Origin: Candidatus Latescibacterota bacterium
GTDB lineage: Bacteria; Latescibacterota; UBA2968; UBA8231
Assembly: GCA_965197905.1 (NCBI GenBank)
Contig: CBDAOB010000003.1
Span: forward strand, 1-64,000
DNA length: 64,000 nucleotides
Direction of reading: 5' to 3'
Part shown: one piece after another, positions 1 to 8,626 of the stretch
How positions within the stretch are numbered: position 1 is the stretch's first letter
How the letters are laid out: each line of letters starts with the position of its first letter
Position numbers and translations under genes: made by a program
The notes under the pieces: generated by a model
The model's database searches: none
Told to the model about the DNA's origin: nothing
What the model saw: only the letters and a program-made list of their open reading frames with translations

Positions 1-246
1 CGTCGCGTTGACGCGCAGCTGGGTGAGCAGGTAATCCTGCGCGCCCTGGTCAAAGTCGAAATCGTCCTTCAGTTCCTGGCGCAGTCGCAGGCTGCCGCCC
101 ATTCGAGGATATTCCGACGCAAGATCCTCTTGTGAGCTGGCCTCAGTCGCCAGGACGGTCAACGCAACCGCCACGGTAACTGTCCAACAGTTCAGCAGAC
201 CTCTTACCGATCCGCTCCGACCGCCGCTGGGCCATAGGGAACGCAC
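1..246 (-). CDS. Partial (runs off window) exported protein, probable alginate-export-family outer-membrane beta-barrel
   Basis: Not in the ORF track. GTG at 246 overlaps the upstream TAG (TAGTG). Translation MRSLWPSGG...WTVTVAVALTVLATEASSQEDLASEYPRMGGSLRLRQELKDDFDFDQGAQDYLLTQLRVNAT has a signal-peptide-like stretch followed by a GGxLRxRxE...DYLLTxLR first-strand pattern. Confidence 0.55.
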   Translation of the reverse strand, partial: MRSLWPSGGRSGSVRGLLNCWTVTVAVALTVLATEASSQEDLASEYPRMGGSLRLRQELKDDFDFDQGAQDYLLTQLRVNAT

Positions 247-3092
247 TACCACAGATATCCAGAGCGACGTTTCTTCTCGCTCTCCTCATGACGCCGCACT
301 TCGTTTTCGACTGCCTGCGCCAACCGCGACCCGCGCACCGTTGGCGGAAGGGTATCGAGCCAACTCTGCAACCGGTCCGCATCAAGCTCGACGTGTGCTC
401 TGGCGACGTCTCGCGCCGGACCGAGGTTGGGTCGGGCACCGCCGGTTTCAGACTGGGCTTCGATGGCGCGACCCAGCCATTGCAAGCTCGCTTCGAGATC
501 GCGACGCCGCAGCCGTGCGATCTTGAGGGCGGAATTCATACGCTCATACGGCGTTTTCGCCGTCCGATACCTTTCTTCGGCTAGTGCGAGTTCAGCGGGA
601 TCGGGCAATTCGTAGCGCAACAGGGCTCGTGCGCGTTCCGCGTCGAGCGCGCGCGTCGGAATAGGTTCGAGAAAATAACGTTGAAGCTCATCGAACGGCG
701 TCAACGGCAACGCTGCGAAGGTGAATCGCACCAAGCGGTCCCACGGGTACCGCCGCAAGAGCTCGCGGTCGCCGCTTGAGTAACTGAGCCGCTGGTCGTC
801 GTCCTTATAGATGTAAGGGGCTGACAAACGCGCAATGTCGTCGGGGGCGGCGCTGATCAGTGCCAAGATGCCCTCCAGCGAAGCTGTGTCGTACTGAGAT
901 TCCAGGCGCCAGCGCTTGTCGCTGACCAACCGCTCCCGCGCAAACACCTTGCCCCGCTCTTCGATCCAGGCGGTGCTGAATCGGGGGGGATCATTGCGTT
1001 TGAAGCTGAGCGTCATGAAGTCGACAGGACCGGTGCGGACAAGAAACGTATGCGGGAACACCTCTGTCTGGGTTTTCACCAGACTCTGGGCTTCGTTGGG
1101 CGTGAGCCAGTAAAGCGGCACCCATTGCATCAGCACGCCGTCCTCCCGCAGCACCCGCTCTATGCTTTGATAGAACTCCAAAGAGTAGAGGGCATGCACG
1201 CCTTCCGCAGTAGGAGGGGGCGGTTCCATGGAGACCACATCGTAGTAGTCCGCAGAGGCGCGCTCCACAAAATGGCGTCCGTCGTCCAGGTGAATGGAAA
1301 CTCGGGGATCGGTCCCGAGGTTGTGATTGAATTCCTTGAAGCGAGTGAGGGACAGCTCGATCATCTCCGGCGAGATGTCTACCACGTCCATCTGTTTGAT
1401 CGGGTACATCAGCAGCGCTCCGAACGATTGACCCGAACCGATGGCGATTCCAAGAACGCGTTCGGGTGTTCCGGCGCGTGGATAGAAGAGCGCGGGCAGG
1501 TGCCCTTCTATCGCCTGAATCGAAAGCAGGCTGTCCGACACTACAGCCAGCACCTGATTTCCAGATGCGATGAATCGCTGTGTTCGGTCGGCGAAAACCG
1601 CGGCAGTGGTGATCGGACCTTCAATCAGGTCCAGAACCTTCATGCCCTGGAAGCGCTTGCCTACCCCATGGGTCTGCAGGGTTTCCAAGGTTACGTCATG
1701 ACGCGCAAACCAGATGGAACCCAACAACGCCGCGATGCCGAGAATGTGCCCTGGTCCTGCGGAGAGCCGTGTACGGGTATCTCTCTCCCTCACCAATCGG
1801 CTTTCCGCGCCGGCGCCCAGAGCTACAGTAAGCAGAGCAAAAGCGACCATCGTGCCGGTGAGACCGACCGTTGGCAGCAGGATGTAACCTGCGGCGAACC
1901 CGCCGGCGCTCGCACCCAGAGTATTCCAGAAGACCAGGCCTCCAGATACGTTGCGGAGCTCGGTGCTGTGACGGGTGGCCGCGGCGATAAGGCCGGGGAG
2001 CGCCGTGCCTAGCAGCGTCACTGGGAGAAACAGTACGAGACTGATCTGAAAGAGCGGCGCAAAGAAGGTGGCATCTGCCGCCGGGCTAAAGAAGCGCCAC
2101 GTCGGTTCCATAGTGGCGCTCGAGCGGGGAAGCTGGTATTCCGCCACGGTCCACCAGTCGAGACCGTAGAGGACCAGCAAGGCTGCGATCGGTTGAAGCA
2201 GTGCTATTACCCGCAACGGATGGTACCCGTGGGCGAGGATGCGCGACATGACCATGCTGCCGGCCGCGAGCGCCGCGAGAAACACGGCAAGCAGTACGGC
2301 GGTCAAGTATACGGTAGCGTCGTTGAAGAGGGAGAAGTAGCGGACCCACGCGACCTGGTAGCCGATTGTCGCCAGCCCTGACACGACAGCCAGGGTGCAG
2401 AAGAAAAGAGTCGGTCCGGGCAGTCGCTCGGTCTCTGGGGTGGCCACATGAATCGGAGCGATTCCCCGAAAAAAGATAAGCGCCAAGGCGGCAATGGTGA
2501 GATTTCCGAAGCCGGCCGCCATGCTGGTGCCATTCATTCCAAGAGCGGGAATCGCGAAATAGCCGGTAAGTAGTACACCGATTACGGCGCCGACGATATT
2601 GAGCCCATAGAACAGGCTGGTGAGGGAACCGATGGAACCGTCGCGCTCGACGATTCCGTCCAGTAACAAAGGCAAGGTGCCGCCCATGAAGAAGGTGGGC
2701 ACGATGAACAGCAGGAATAACAACGCGAAACGTAGGAGGAACAGGGCTTGGGCGTTTCCCGCCGCGTACGGATGGAGAACTCCGTAGGTTGCTCCGACCG
2801 CTTCGAAGAGAGTGGGAAACCCGAGGGCATAGATGCCGATGACAGCTTCGAACAGGCCGTAGACGAACAGCGGTGAGAGGCGCCGGCTGCGCAGGTGTCC
2901 GCCTACCCAAAGACTACCAAATGCGAGACCGAGGAAGAAGCTGGTGAGTACAGTGGCGAGGGCGATCTGGCTGGAGCCCACTATCAGGGTCGCCTTGCGA
3001 ATCCAGACGAGCTGGTATCCCAGTCCCAGGGCCCCGGAAAGGGTAAACAGCACGCCGGCAAATAGAACGGCACTCCGCCGGGACAGCGGCAC
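246..3092 (-). CDS. Fused MFS-like membrane domain / spermidine-synthase-like SAM-dependent domain protein
   Basis: About 13 hydrophobic helices (LSGALGLGYQLVW, PTFFMGGTLP, LFYGLNIVGA), then ERVLGIAIGSGQS, DVVDISPE, DDGRHFV, YDVVSMEPPPP, LYSLEFY and GVLMQW. Start taken as GTG 3092, which overlaps the upstream stop. Confidence 0.85.
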   Translation of the reverse strand: MPLSRRSAVLFAGVLFTLSGALGLGYQLVWIRKATLIVGSSQIALATVLTSFFLGLAFGSLWVGGHLRSRRLSPLFVYGLFEAVIGIYALGFPTLFEAVGATYGVLHPYAAGNAQALFLLRFALLFLLFIVPTFFMGGTLPLLLDGIVERDGSIGSLTSLFYGLNIVGAVIGVLLTGYFAIPALGMNGTSMAAGFGNLTIAALALIFFRGIAPIHVATPETERLPGPTLFFCTLAVVSGLATIGYQVAWVRYFSLFNDATVYLTAVLLAVFLAALAAGSMVMSRILAHGYHPLRVIALLQPIAALLVLYGLDWWTVAEYQLPRSSATMEPTWRFFSPAADATFFAPLFQISLVLFLPVTLLGTALPGLIAAATRHSTELRNVSGGLVFWNTLGASAGGFAAGYILLPTVGLTGTMVAFALLTVALGAGAESRLVRERDTRTRLSAGPGHILGIAALLGSIWFARHDVTLETLQTHGVGKRFQGMKVLDLIEGPITTAAVFADRTQRFIASGNQVLAVVSDSLLSIQAIEGHLPALFYPRAGTPERVLGIAIGSGQSFGALLMYPIKQMDVVDISPEMIELSLTRFKEFNHNLGTDPRVSIHLDDGRHFVERASADYYDVVSMEPPPPTAEGVHALYSLEFYQSIERVLREDGVLMQWVPLYWLTPNEAQSLVKTQTEVFPHTFLVRTGPVDFMTLSFKRNDPPRFSTAWIEERGKVFARERLVSDKRWRLESQYDTASLEGILALISAAPDDIARLSAPYIYKDDDQRLSYSSGDRELLRRYPWDRLVRFTFAALPLTPFDELQRYFLEPIPTRALDAERARALLRYELPDPAELALAEERYRTAKTPYERMNSALKIARLRRRDLEASLQWLGRAIEAQSETGGARPNLGPARDVARAHVELDADRLQSWLDTLPPTVRGSRLAQAVENEVRRHEESEKKRRSGYLW

Positions 3093-3325
3093 TAGGTAAC
3101 TTTCCGTTCGGCCAAAGGGGTCCAACCGCGATCCGGCCCGCGGACCTTGGTGTGCTCCCAACGCTCTCGCAATGCGGCGAACGCCTGCGGATCGTGAATT
3201 TCCTTTTCGGGGCGCTCGGAATCGCGAATGACGAAATACGCCTCGCCGGGACTACACGCCATCGTCACCGGATCGCGCTCGGATGTGTGATTCTCGGGTA
3301 TTTCGTCCAGGGTGCCAGGCCAGTG
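3092..3325 (-). pseudogene. C-terminal gene remnant, probably phytanoyl-CoA dioxygenase (PhyH) family
   Basis: Open frame HWPGTLDEIPENHTSERDPVTMACSPGEAYFVIRDSERPEKEIHDPQAFAALRERWEHTKVRGPDRGWTPLAERKVT*, preceded by an in-frame TAG a few codons upstream. Its stop overlaps the next gene's GTG. Family call is from a recalled PhyH C-terminal tail pattern. Confidence 0.45.
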
Positions 3326-3385
3326 TAAACCGTGACATCGCTAGTCTCCCCCGAATTTCAACAAGTCTCATGGTGTTCGTCATAA

Positions 3386-5526
3386 GTAGGGTCGGACCGG
3401 AGCGCCCTGCGCCACACGCGTGATGTGGGTTTCTCCGGCCCGCCCTCCGAACCGGACGTGCGCGTTACCACGCATCCGGCTCTCCACAAGGTGCCGTGTG
3501 ACCGCAGAGTCTCATCCGGTTGTCGCAGGCCAGGGAGAAGGGATCCGCGCCGATCGATAGCGGTAACGAGTCACTGCTACTTCGCCGACGTTGTAAAGAG
3601 CAATCCCGTCCTCGGTGGGCCACCATCCTGGCAGGTAGCGGCGTTTCAGCTTCCTCCAATTAAAGCGCGGGTGCTTGCGGCGCAGCCAATGCACTACGCG
3701 GCGCCAAGTGAAGCCCCGCACGTAGTTGAAAGTGGCCTTCGACACCCCGTACTGAAAGTAGTTGGCCCACCCCCGCAACACCGGATTGAGTTGGCGCAGA
3801 AGGCTCTTCAACGGCCTCTGCCGACCCGTTCTCGTGACTGCGCGCACCGTGCTCTTCAACCGGGCCAGAGATTCCTTTCTTGGCCACGTATAGATGCGTG
3901 CGCCAACCGGGCCCGGTTTCCGTCGCTTCTGAATGCGAAAACCCAGGAAATCGAAGCCACGGCTGATGTGCGTGATGGCGGTCTTCGTCTCCGACAGGTG
4001 CAGACCCATGGGGGTGAGAGTCACCCCCGCTTGGTCGCGCAGGTCATACGCTGCAGCTTCGGTGCCCGCCACCAGCAGCACGAAATCGTCAGCGTAACGG
4101 ACAAGCCGACAAGTCGGTAGCCCCTTTCGCCGATGCGCTTGTCGCGCACTGGAGGTAGCGCCCACCTTTCTCCAGACCTCAGTGAAATAATCGTCGAGGA
4201 CGGATAAGGCGATATTTGCCACCAGCGGTGAGAGAATACCGCCTTGCGGAGTGCCCGAAGTGCTTTCTTGCAACACCGATTGTTCCGTGAGGACACCGGC
4301 CTTGCAGAACGCTTTTACAAGCCTCAGAACATGCTTATCACCGATACGTCGACGCACGCGGTCCAAGAGGGCTGCGTGATCAATCTCATCGAAACAAGCA
4401 CGGATATCGCCCTCCACCACCCACTCATAAGAGCGGGAGCAGAATTGATGAATCTCGGCGATGGCGTCCTGAGCCCGCCGATTCGGGCGGAAGCCGTAGG
4501 AGCACGGCTTGAAGTCCGCTTCGAAGATCGGTTCGAGCACCAGCTTGAGTGCGGCTTGGACCACTCGGTCCCGAGCGGTTGGGATGCCGAGCCGGCGCTT
4601 CTTCGTTGTGCCAGGTTTCGGAATCAACCGCTCGCGTACGGGCAGAGGCCGGAAACTGCGGGTCTTCAGATCAACCCGCACCTCGGCGAGAAAGGCCTCC
4701 TCGCCGCGTTCCGTCTCCACAGAGTAGGCCGTTTGTCCGTCCACTCCGGCCGAACGAGCACCCTTGTTGCTGCGCACCCGACGCCAGGCTACACTCAAAA
4801 ACGCCGGGTCACACACCAGGTTGAACAGGTCGTCGAAGCACTTGCTTCGATCCTCTACAGCCCAACGGTGCAGTTTGGTCTGGATTTCCAGTACTCGATT
4901 ACGGGCTTGTTCTGCCTCGGGCCACGAAGCGCTGGCATTCACCGGCGTCCTCCTGTTTTTCCAGTACCCCACTGCGCAACTTGCTGCCTCCCTTCGCCAT
5001 GTAAGCGGCTTTCCCGCTCGCGGACTACTACAGAGGCTCCGTCCCTTGCCAAGCCCCACAGCGGACAGCGCGCTGCCCCGATAACGGTCGGACTCGGCTC
5101 GGTTCCCACGTTCACCATGAACCGTTTGACGGGGGAGGTGCCCAGCTTTTCCCCTGCAACTTCGCCTTGGGTACGCCGCAGGCATTCTCCAAGGCCTCTG
5201 CTTCGGTGGGTATCACACCTCCCCAGAGTCGCAGTCGGTCATATATCCGACCACGTGCGTTGCGTACCAACCCTTATCCACCAGGTTTGGGTTGGCGGGC
5301 CGCTAAAGGGGGTTCCATCACTGGTTCACTTCGGGTTACACCATTCCGTCTTGCTTGCCAGACGTGGAGTGTCTGGAGGTGCCACTCCACTCTGTCGTTG
5401 TCGAGGCTGCTTCCACCTTCCCCTGCGCTCCCAGGGTCAGGCTGCCTCCAGCTTCAACGGGCTGCTGCGACAGCCCGTTGGTGGGTCCTTGCATCCCACC
5501 CGGTTCTCTGGCGCCTCGTGGCGCAC
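3386..5526 (-). mobile_element. Group II intron (complete ribozyme with intron-encoded RT/maturase)
   Basis: 5' end GTGCGCCACG at 5526. Domain V GAGCCGGATGCGTGGTAACGCGCACGTCCGGTTC at about 3449-3482, followed by a domain VI hairpin and the 3' end CCGACCCTAC at 3386. The RT ORF lies between the two ends. Confidence 0.93.
3512..4942 (-). CDS. ltrA: Group II intron reverse transcriptase/maturase
   Basis: AGGAGG RBS then GTG at 4942. Motifs NKGARSAGVDG, RRLGIPTARDRVVQ, SYGFRPNR, GDIRACFDEI, GTPQGGILSP, catalytic RYADDF, FDFLGF and domain X LNPVLRGWANYF. No C-terminal HNH domain. Confidence 0.95.
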   Translation of the reverse strand: MNASASWPEAEQARNRVLEIQTKLHRWAVEDRSKCFDDLFNLVCDPAFLSVAWRRVRSNKGARSAGVDGQTAYSVETERGEEAFLAEVRVDLKTRSFRPLPVRERLIPKPGTTKKRRLGIPTARDRVVQAALKLVLEPIFEADFKPCSYGFRPNRRAQDAIAEIHQFCSRSYEWVVEGDIRACFDEIDHAALLDRVRRRIGDKHVLRLVKAFCKAGVLTEQSVLQESTSGTPQGGILSPLVANIALSVLDDYFTEVWRKVGATSSARQAHRRKGLPTCRLVRYADDFVLLVAGTEAAAYDLRDQAGVTLTPMGLHLSETKTAITHISRGFDFLGFRIQKRRKPGPVGARIYTWPRKESLARLKSTVRAVTRTGRQRPLKSLLRQLNPVLRGWANYFQYGVSKATFNYVRGFTWRRVVHWLRRKHPRFNWRKLKRRYLPGWWPTEDGIALYNVGEVAVTRYRYRSARIPSPWPATTG

Positions 5527-5603
5527 GATCCCGTCTGCCCAGCCGGATACAGCGTAGCGGAATCAGCCTCTGCTTTTGTCCACTTCTCATGCGTAGTGGG
5601 AAA

Positions 5604-6678
5604 CTAGCTATGTTCGGGTCGGACCCCACCCTGGGCGCTCGATTGGTAGGCGGCTTCCACCACTGCCATGGTACGGAAGGCGTCCTCGATGGAGGTGGGT
5701 AGCTGGTCAGCGGATCCTTCCAGGAAGCACTGCAGGCTGGCCATGGTTCCAACGAAGGCGTCGGGATACCAGTTGCCCTCCGGCTTCACGGTGATCCACT
5801 TGCGTTCTTCTTCCTCGCTCACGATGCAGTATTCCAGTTCGTCCGGTTGGCCTTGGGGATAGTTCAGCACGACCCCGATCTGGGTCCGAATCGCTCCTTT
5901 GGTGCCCTCCCACTTCACGTAGCTCCACTGATGTCGGTCGCCAAAATCGTGGCCGTGGTTGGTGGTCACGCTGGCGCGGATGTTTTCGCCATAATCCAGG
6001 ATGATCGACGATCGTGTCGCTTCCATGTGCAGGGCGGAAGGATGTTTAGTTGTCCTCGCATACACGCTAACCGGATCGCCCAGAAACGAGCGGGATCAGG
6101 TCCACATAGTGAATGCTGTGGTAAACGATTTCCACGCGCGGAATCTCCGCCAGCCAACCCCACAGGTGCCAGGGCGTGTGCACGTTGACGTTAATCTCCA
6201 TGTCGTGCAGCTCACCGATGGCGGCTTGTTCAACCAGGCTGCGGGCGCCGGTATTGTTGGGCGCGAAGCGGAGCTGAAAATTGATGGCCGCCGTCAGCTT
6301 CTTCTGCCGGCAGAGGTCGCGGATCGTGCGCGCCTGCTCGAGATCCTCTCCCATCGGTTTCTGGATCAAAACTCCTGCCTCATCGGGTAGGGCGCGGAGG
6401 ATATCGGGAATGGCGGACGCGGGAGTGGCTACATCGAAGACGGCGTTCTCCCGGTCTGCGGCGGCAACGGCGTCCTCAAGCGAAGCGTAGACGACGGGAA
6501 TCTGGAAATCGGTGGCGAGCTGTCCTGCTTTCGCCCGGTCGGGGTCGTGGACGCCGGCGACGGGGAAGCCTGCTTTTCGGTAGGCCGGCAGGTGGGCATC
6601 ATGCATGATTCCGCCACCGCCTATGCAAACGACTGGACGGAACACGTTGGGGAACTGTGGCTGCTGTCGGATTTCCAC
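5604..6678 (-). CDS. Gfo/Idh/MocA oxidoreductase, split by a one-base frameshift at about 6093
   Basis: IGGGGIMHDAHLPAY, IQKPMG, NFQLRF and HSIHYVD. Removing one C of the CCC at 6092-6094 (minus sense) gives DLIRSFLGDPVSVYAR, joining ORFs 6067-6678 and 5604-6065. Confidence 0.85.
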
Positions 6679-6959
6679 TTTTCGACCTGGTCGTGAATTC
6701 TCGAGTTTTATCGGTTTCGGAAAATAGGCACGGAGTCGAATTCCGTCAGCCGGCGCGGATGATTTGCGTGGATAGTTTTACAGCTTTGCTTATTTAATCT
6801 CCCTGCGCGGATGGGAGGCTGACATCGTCAGCCCGATGCCGGTTCGAGCGTTGAGCAAAAAGGTAATTGGCCGGACTATCCCGGCCAGATAGCAATCATC
6901 CAGCACTCTTCAGATTAACAAGAGGTAATATCCACGATGAGGTCAGGCGGGAAAGCGTC

Positions 6960-8156
6960 ATGAGCGGCGAACTTCAAATCTCCGTCTCGACCATGGTCGA
7001 GGGCACCAACGAATGGGATTGGATGCAGGCGCGGACCGCCCACGTCCCCGGCGAGGGTTCGCTCTCAGTCACGATCATGAACCAAACCCTGAACCGATTC
7101 GTGCATGACTACGGCGATATCTACCAGACCATCAGTCGCGACCACGGCGGGACCTGGTCCGCGCCCGCTAAGGTGCCGTCACTACAAAGAGCCAAGACAG
7201 CGGACGGATACGAGGTGGCTCCCAGCGATATGTGGAACCAGTGGCATCCCAAGAGCGGCATGGTGGTCGCCGCCGGCGTCAGCTTCCACTTTGCCGAGGG
7301 TAGACACGAGCATCAGCTGAGGCGACAGGTCGCGTACGCGGTCATGGATCCAAGTACGACAGGCTGGGGTTCGCTACAGGCGCTGGAACTGCCCGAGAGG
7401 GACCAGGACAACCAGTTTCTGCGGGCACCGAGTGCCGGTTGCAGCCAGCGCGTCGATCTGCCCGACGGCGATGTGTTGTTACCCGTGAGTTATCTTCCTT
7501 GCGCCACTCTCGACGCGGATGCGAATACCTTCGATTACTCGGACGCCGTGCTTCTCAACAGCATCGTGGTGCGTTGTGCCTTCGACGGGCAAAAGCTGAC
7601 CTACAAGGAACACGGCACACAACACTCCATAACTGGCGACCATTCGCGCCGGCTTGCCGAGCGCAGGGGCGTCGAATTTTCCGCCCGCGGCCTGGCGGAG
7701 CCATCTCTGGCCGCGTTTGACGGGGCTTTCTTTCTGACATTGCGTTCGGACCATAGCGCATTCGTAACCAAAGGGAACGACGGAATCAATTTCGACCAGG
7801 TCCGAGAGTGGACCTTCGACGATGGCGAGATTCTGGGCAGCTATTGCACGCAGCAGCACTGGGCTACTATCGGCGGCAGGTTATACCTGCTCTACTGCAG
7901 GCCAACCGGTCGCAACGATCATATCTTCCGGCATCGCGCACCGATCTTCATCGCCGAGGTAGATCCCGAGAGATTGCAGGTGATTCGCGACACGGAACGG
8001 GCGGCGATTCCGGAAAACAACGCTGGCATGGGCAACTTCGGGGTCTGCCAAATCAGCGATACTGAATGTTGGGTCACTTGCGGCGATGGTATGAGAAGCG
8101 GCGCGCGGAAGGGGGATGTCAACAAGGTGATGCTCTCGAAAGTCGTCGCGGTTTGA
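6960..8156 (+). CDS. Sialidase-like BNR/Asp-box beta-propeller protein
   Basis: Asp-box SRDHGGTWS, GCSQRVDLPDGDVLLP, RGLAEPSL, LGSYCTQQHW, HIFRHRAP and GNFGV. Confidence 0.75.
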   Translation: MSGELQISVSTMVEGTNEWDWMQARTAHVPGEGSLSVTIMNQTLNRFVHDYGDIYQTISRDHGGTWSAPAKVPSLQRAKTADGYEVAPSDMWNQWHPKSGMVVAAGVSFHFAEGRHEHQLRRQVAYAVMDPSTTGWGSLQALELPERDQDNQFLRAPSAGCSQRVDLPDGDVLLPVSYLPCATLDADANTFDYSDAVLLNSIVVRCAFDGQKLTYKEHGTQHSITGDHSRRLAERRGVEFSARGLAEPSLAAFDGAFFLTLRSDHSAFVTKGNDGINFDQVREWTFDDGEILGSYCTQQHWATIGGRLYLLYCRPTGRNDHIFRHRAPIFIAEVDPERLQVIRDTERAAIPENNAGMGNFGVCQISDTECWVTCGDGMRSGARKGDVNKVMLSKVVAV

Positions 8157-8591
8157 AGGCCGCTCTGCTTCGCCGGCAGCTCATACAGGACGGCTATTGC
8201 CGCGTTCCGCAGGTCGCACCACCAGACCTGATCGAGACAACTCCGACGGCCCAGGTTTTTCTGATGTATTACCCGATTGACACGAACCGCGAGAACGAAT
8301 GTCTGCGGGTCACCCCGGGCTCGCACCGCCATCGCCACCGTCTGCACGGCCTTCCCCAAGCCCACGCCGACGAGATAGAAACGGCCGGCGACGATCATCC
8401 CGCCTTGCAGCCAGATCCGGGCGAGTTGGATGTGCCAGTCAAGGCGGGCGACCTGGTGATTGGAGATGCCCGTCTCCTCCATTCCGCACATCCGAATCGC
8501 TCGGCCCGGCGCAGGACGCTCTGCTGGCCAGCTACGAGGGCACCGCTCACCCACCAAGAATAACCGCGTCCCCGATGGGCGTCTCGCCTGA
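8153..8591 (+). pseudogene. PhyH-family dioxygenase remnant with two internal deletions
   Basis: The N-terminus RRQLIQDGYCRVPQV joins directly to QVFLMYY...CLRVTPGSH...VKAGDLVIGDARLLHSAHPN...RRT, so the HxD-bearing middle is absent. The C-terminal tail (LLASYEG.../NNRVPDGRLA*) follows in shifted frames. Confidence 0.7.
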
Positions 8592-8626
8592 TGTGTGCGT
8601 CCGCAGCGCTGCGAACGGGATATAGG

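Noticed and set aside
3512..4942. RT as a retron, DGR, CRISPR-associated or Abi defence RT
   Set aside because: Flanked by canonical group II intron ends and carries domain X. No template/variable repeat pair, msr-msd or cas genes were seen.
4943..5185. 81-aa N-terminal extension of the RT ORF
   Set aside because: Lies in ribozyme sequence. The AGGAGG RBS points to GTG 4942 as the start.
5229..5256. Hairpin GTCGG-ATATATGA-CCGAC as the EBS1 loop
   Set aside because: Pairs poorly with the 5' exon end. The GATACC loop at 5209-5214 fits better.
3425..5557. Long plus-strand ORFs 3425-4120 and 4244-5557
   Set aside because: Antisense shadows of the intron RT and ribozyme, with no protein motifs.
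6790..6960. Hairpins GGCTGACATCGTCAGCC and TGGCCGGACTATCCCGGCCA as a riboswitch or ncRNA
   Set aside because: No recognisable riboswitch consensus, and short GC-rich hairpins are expected by chance.
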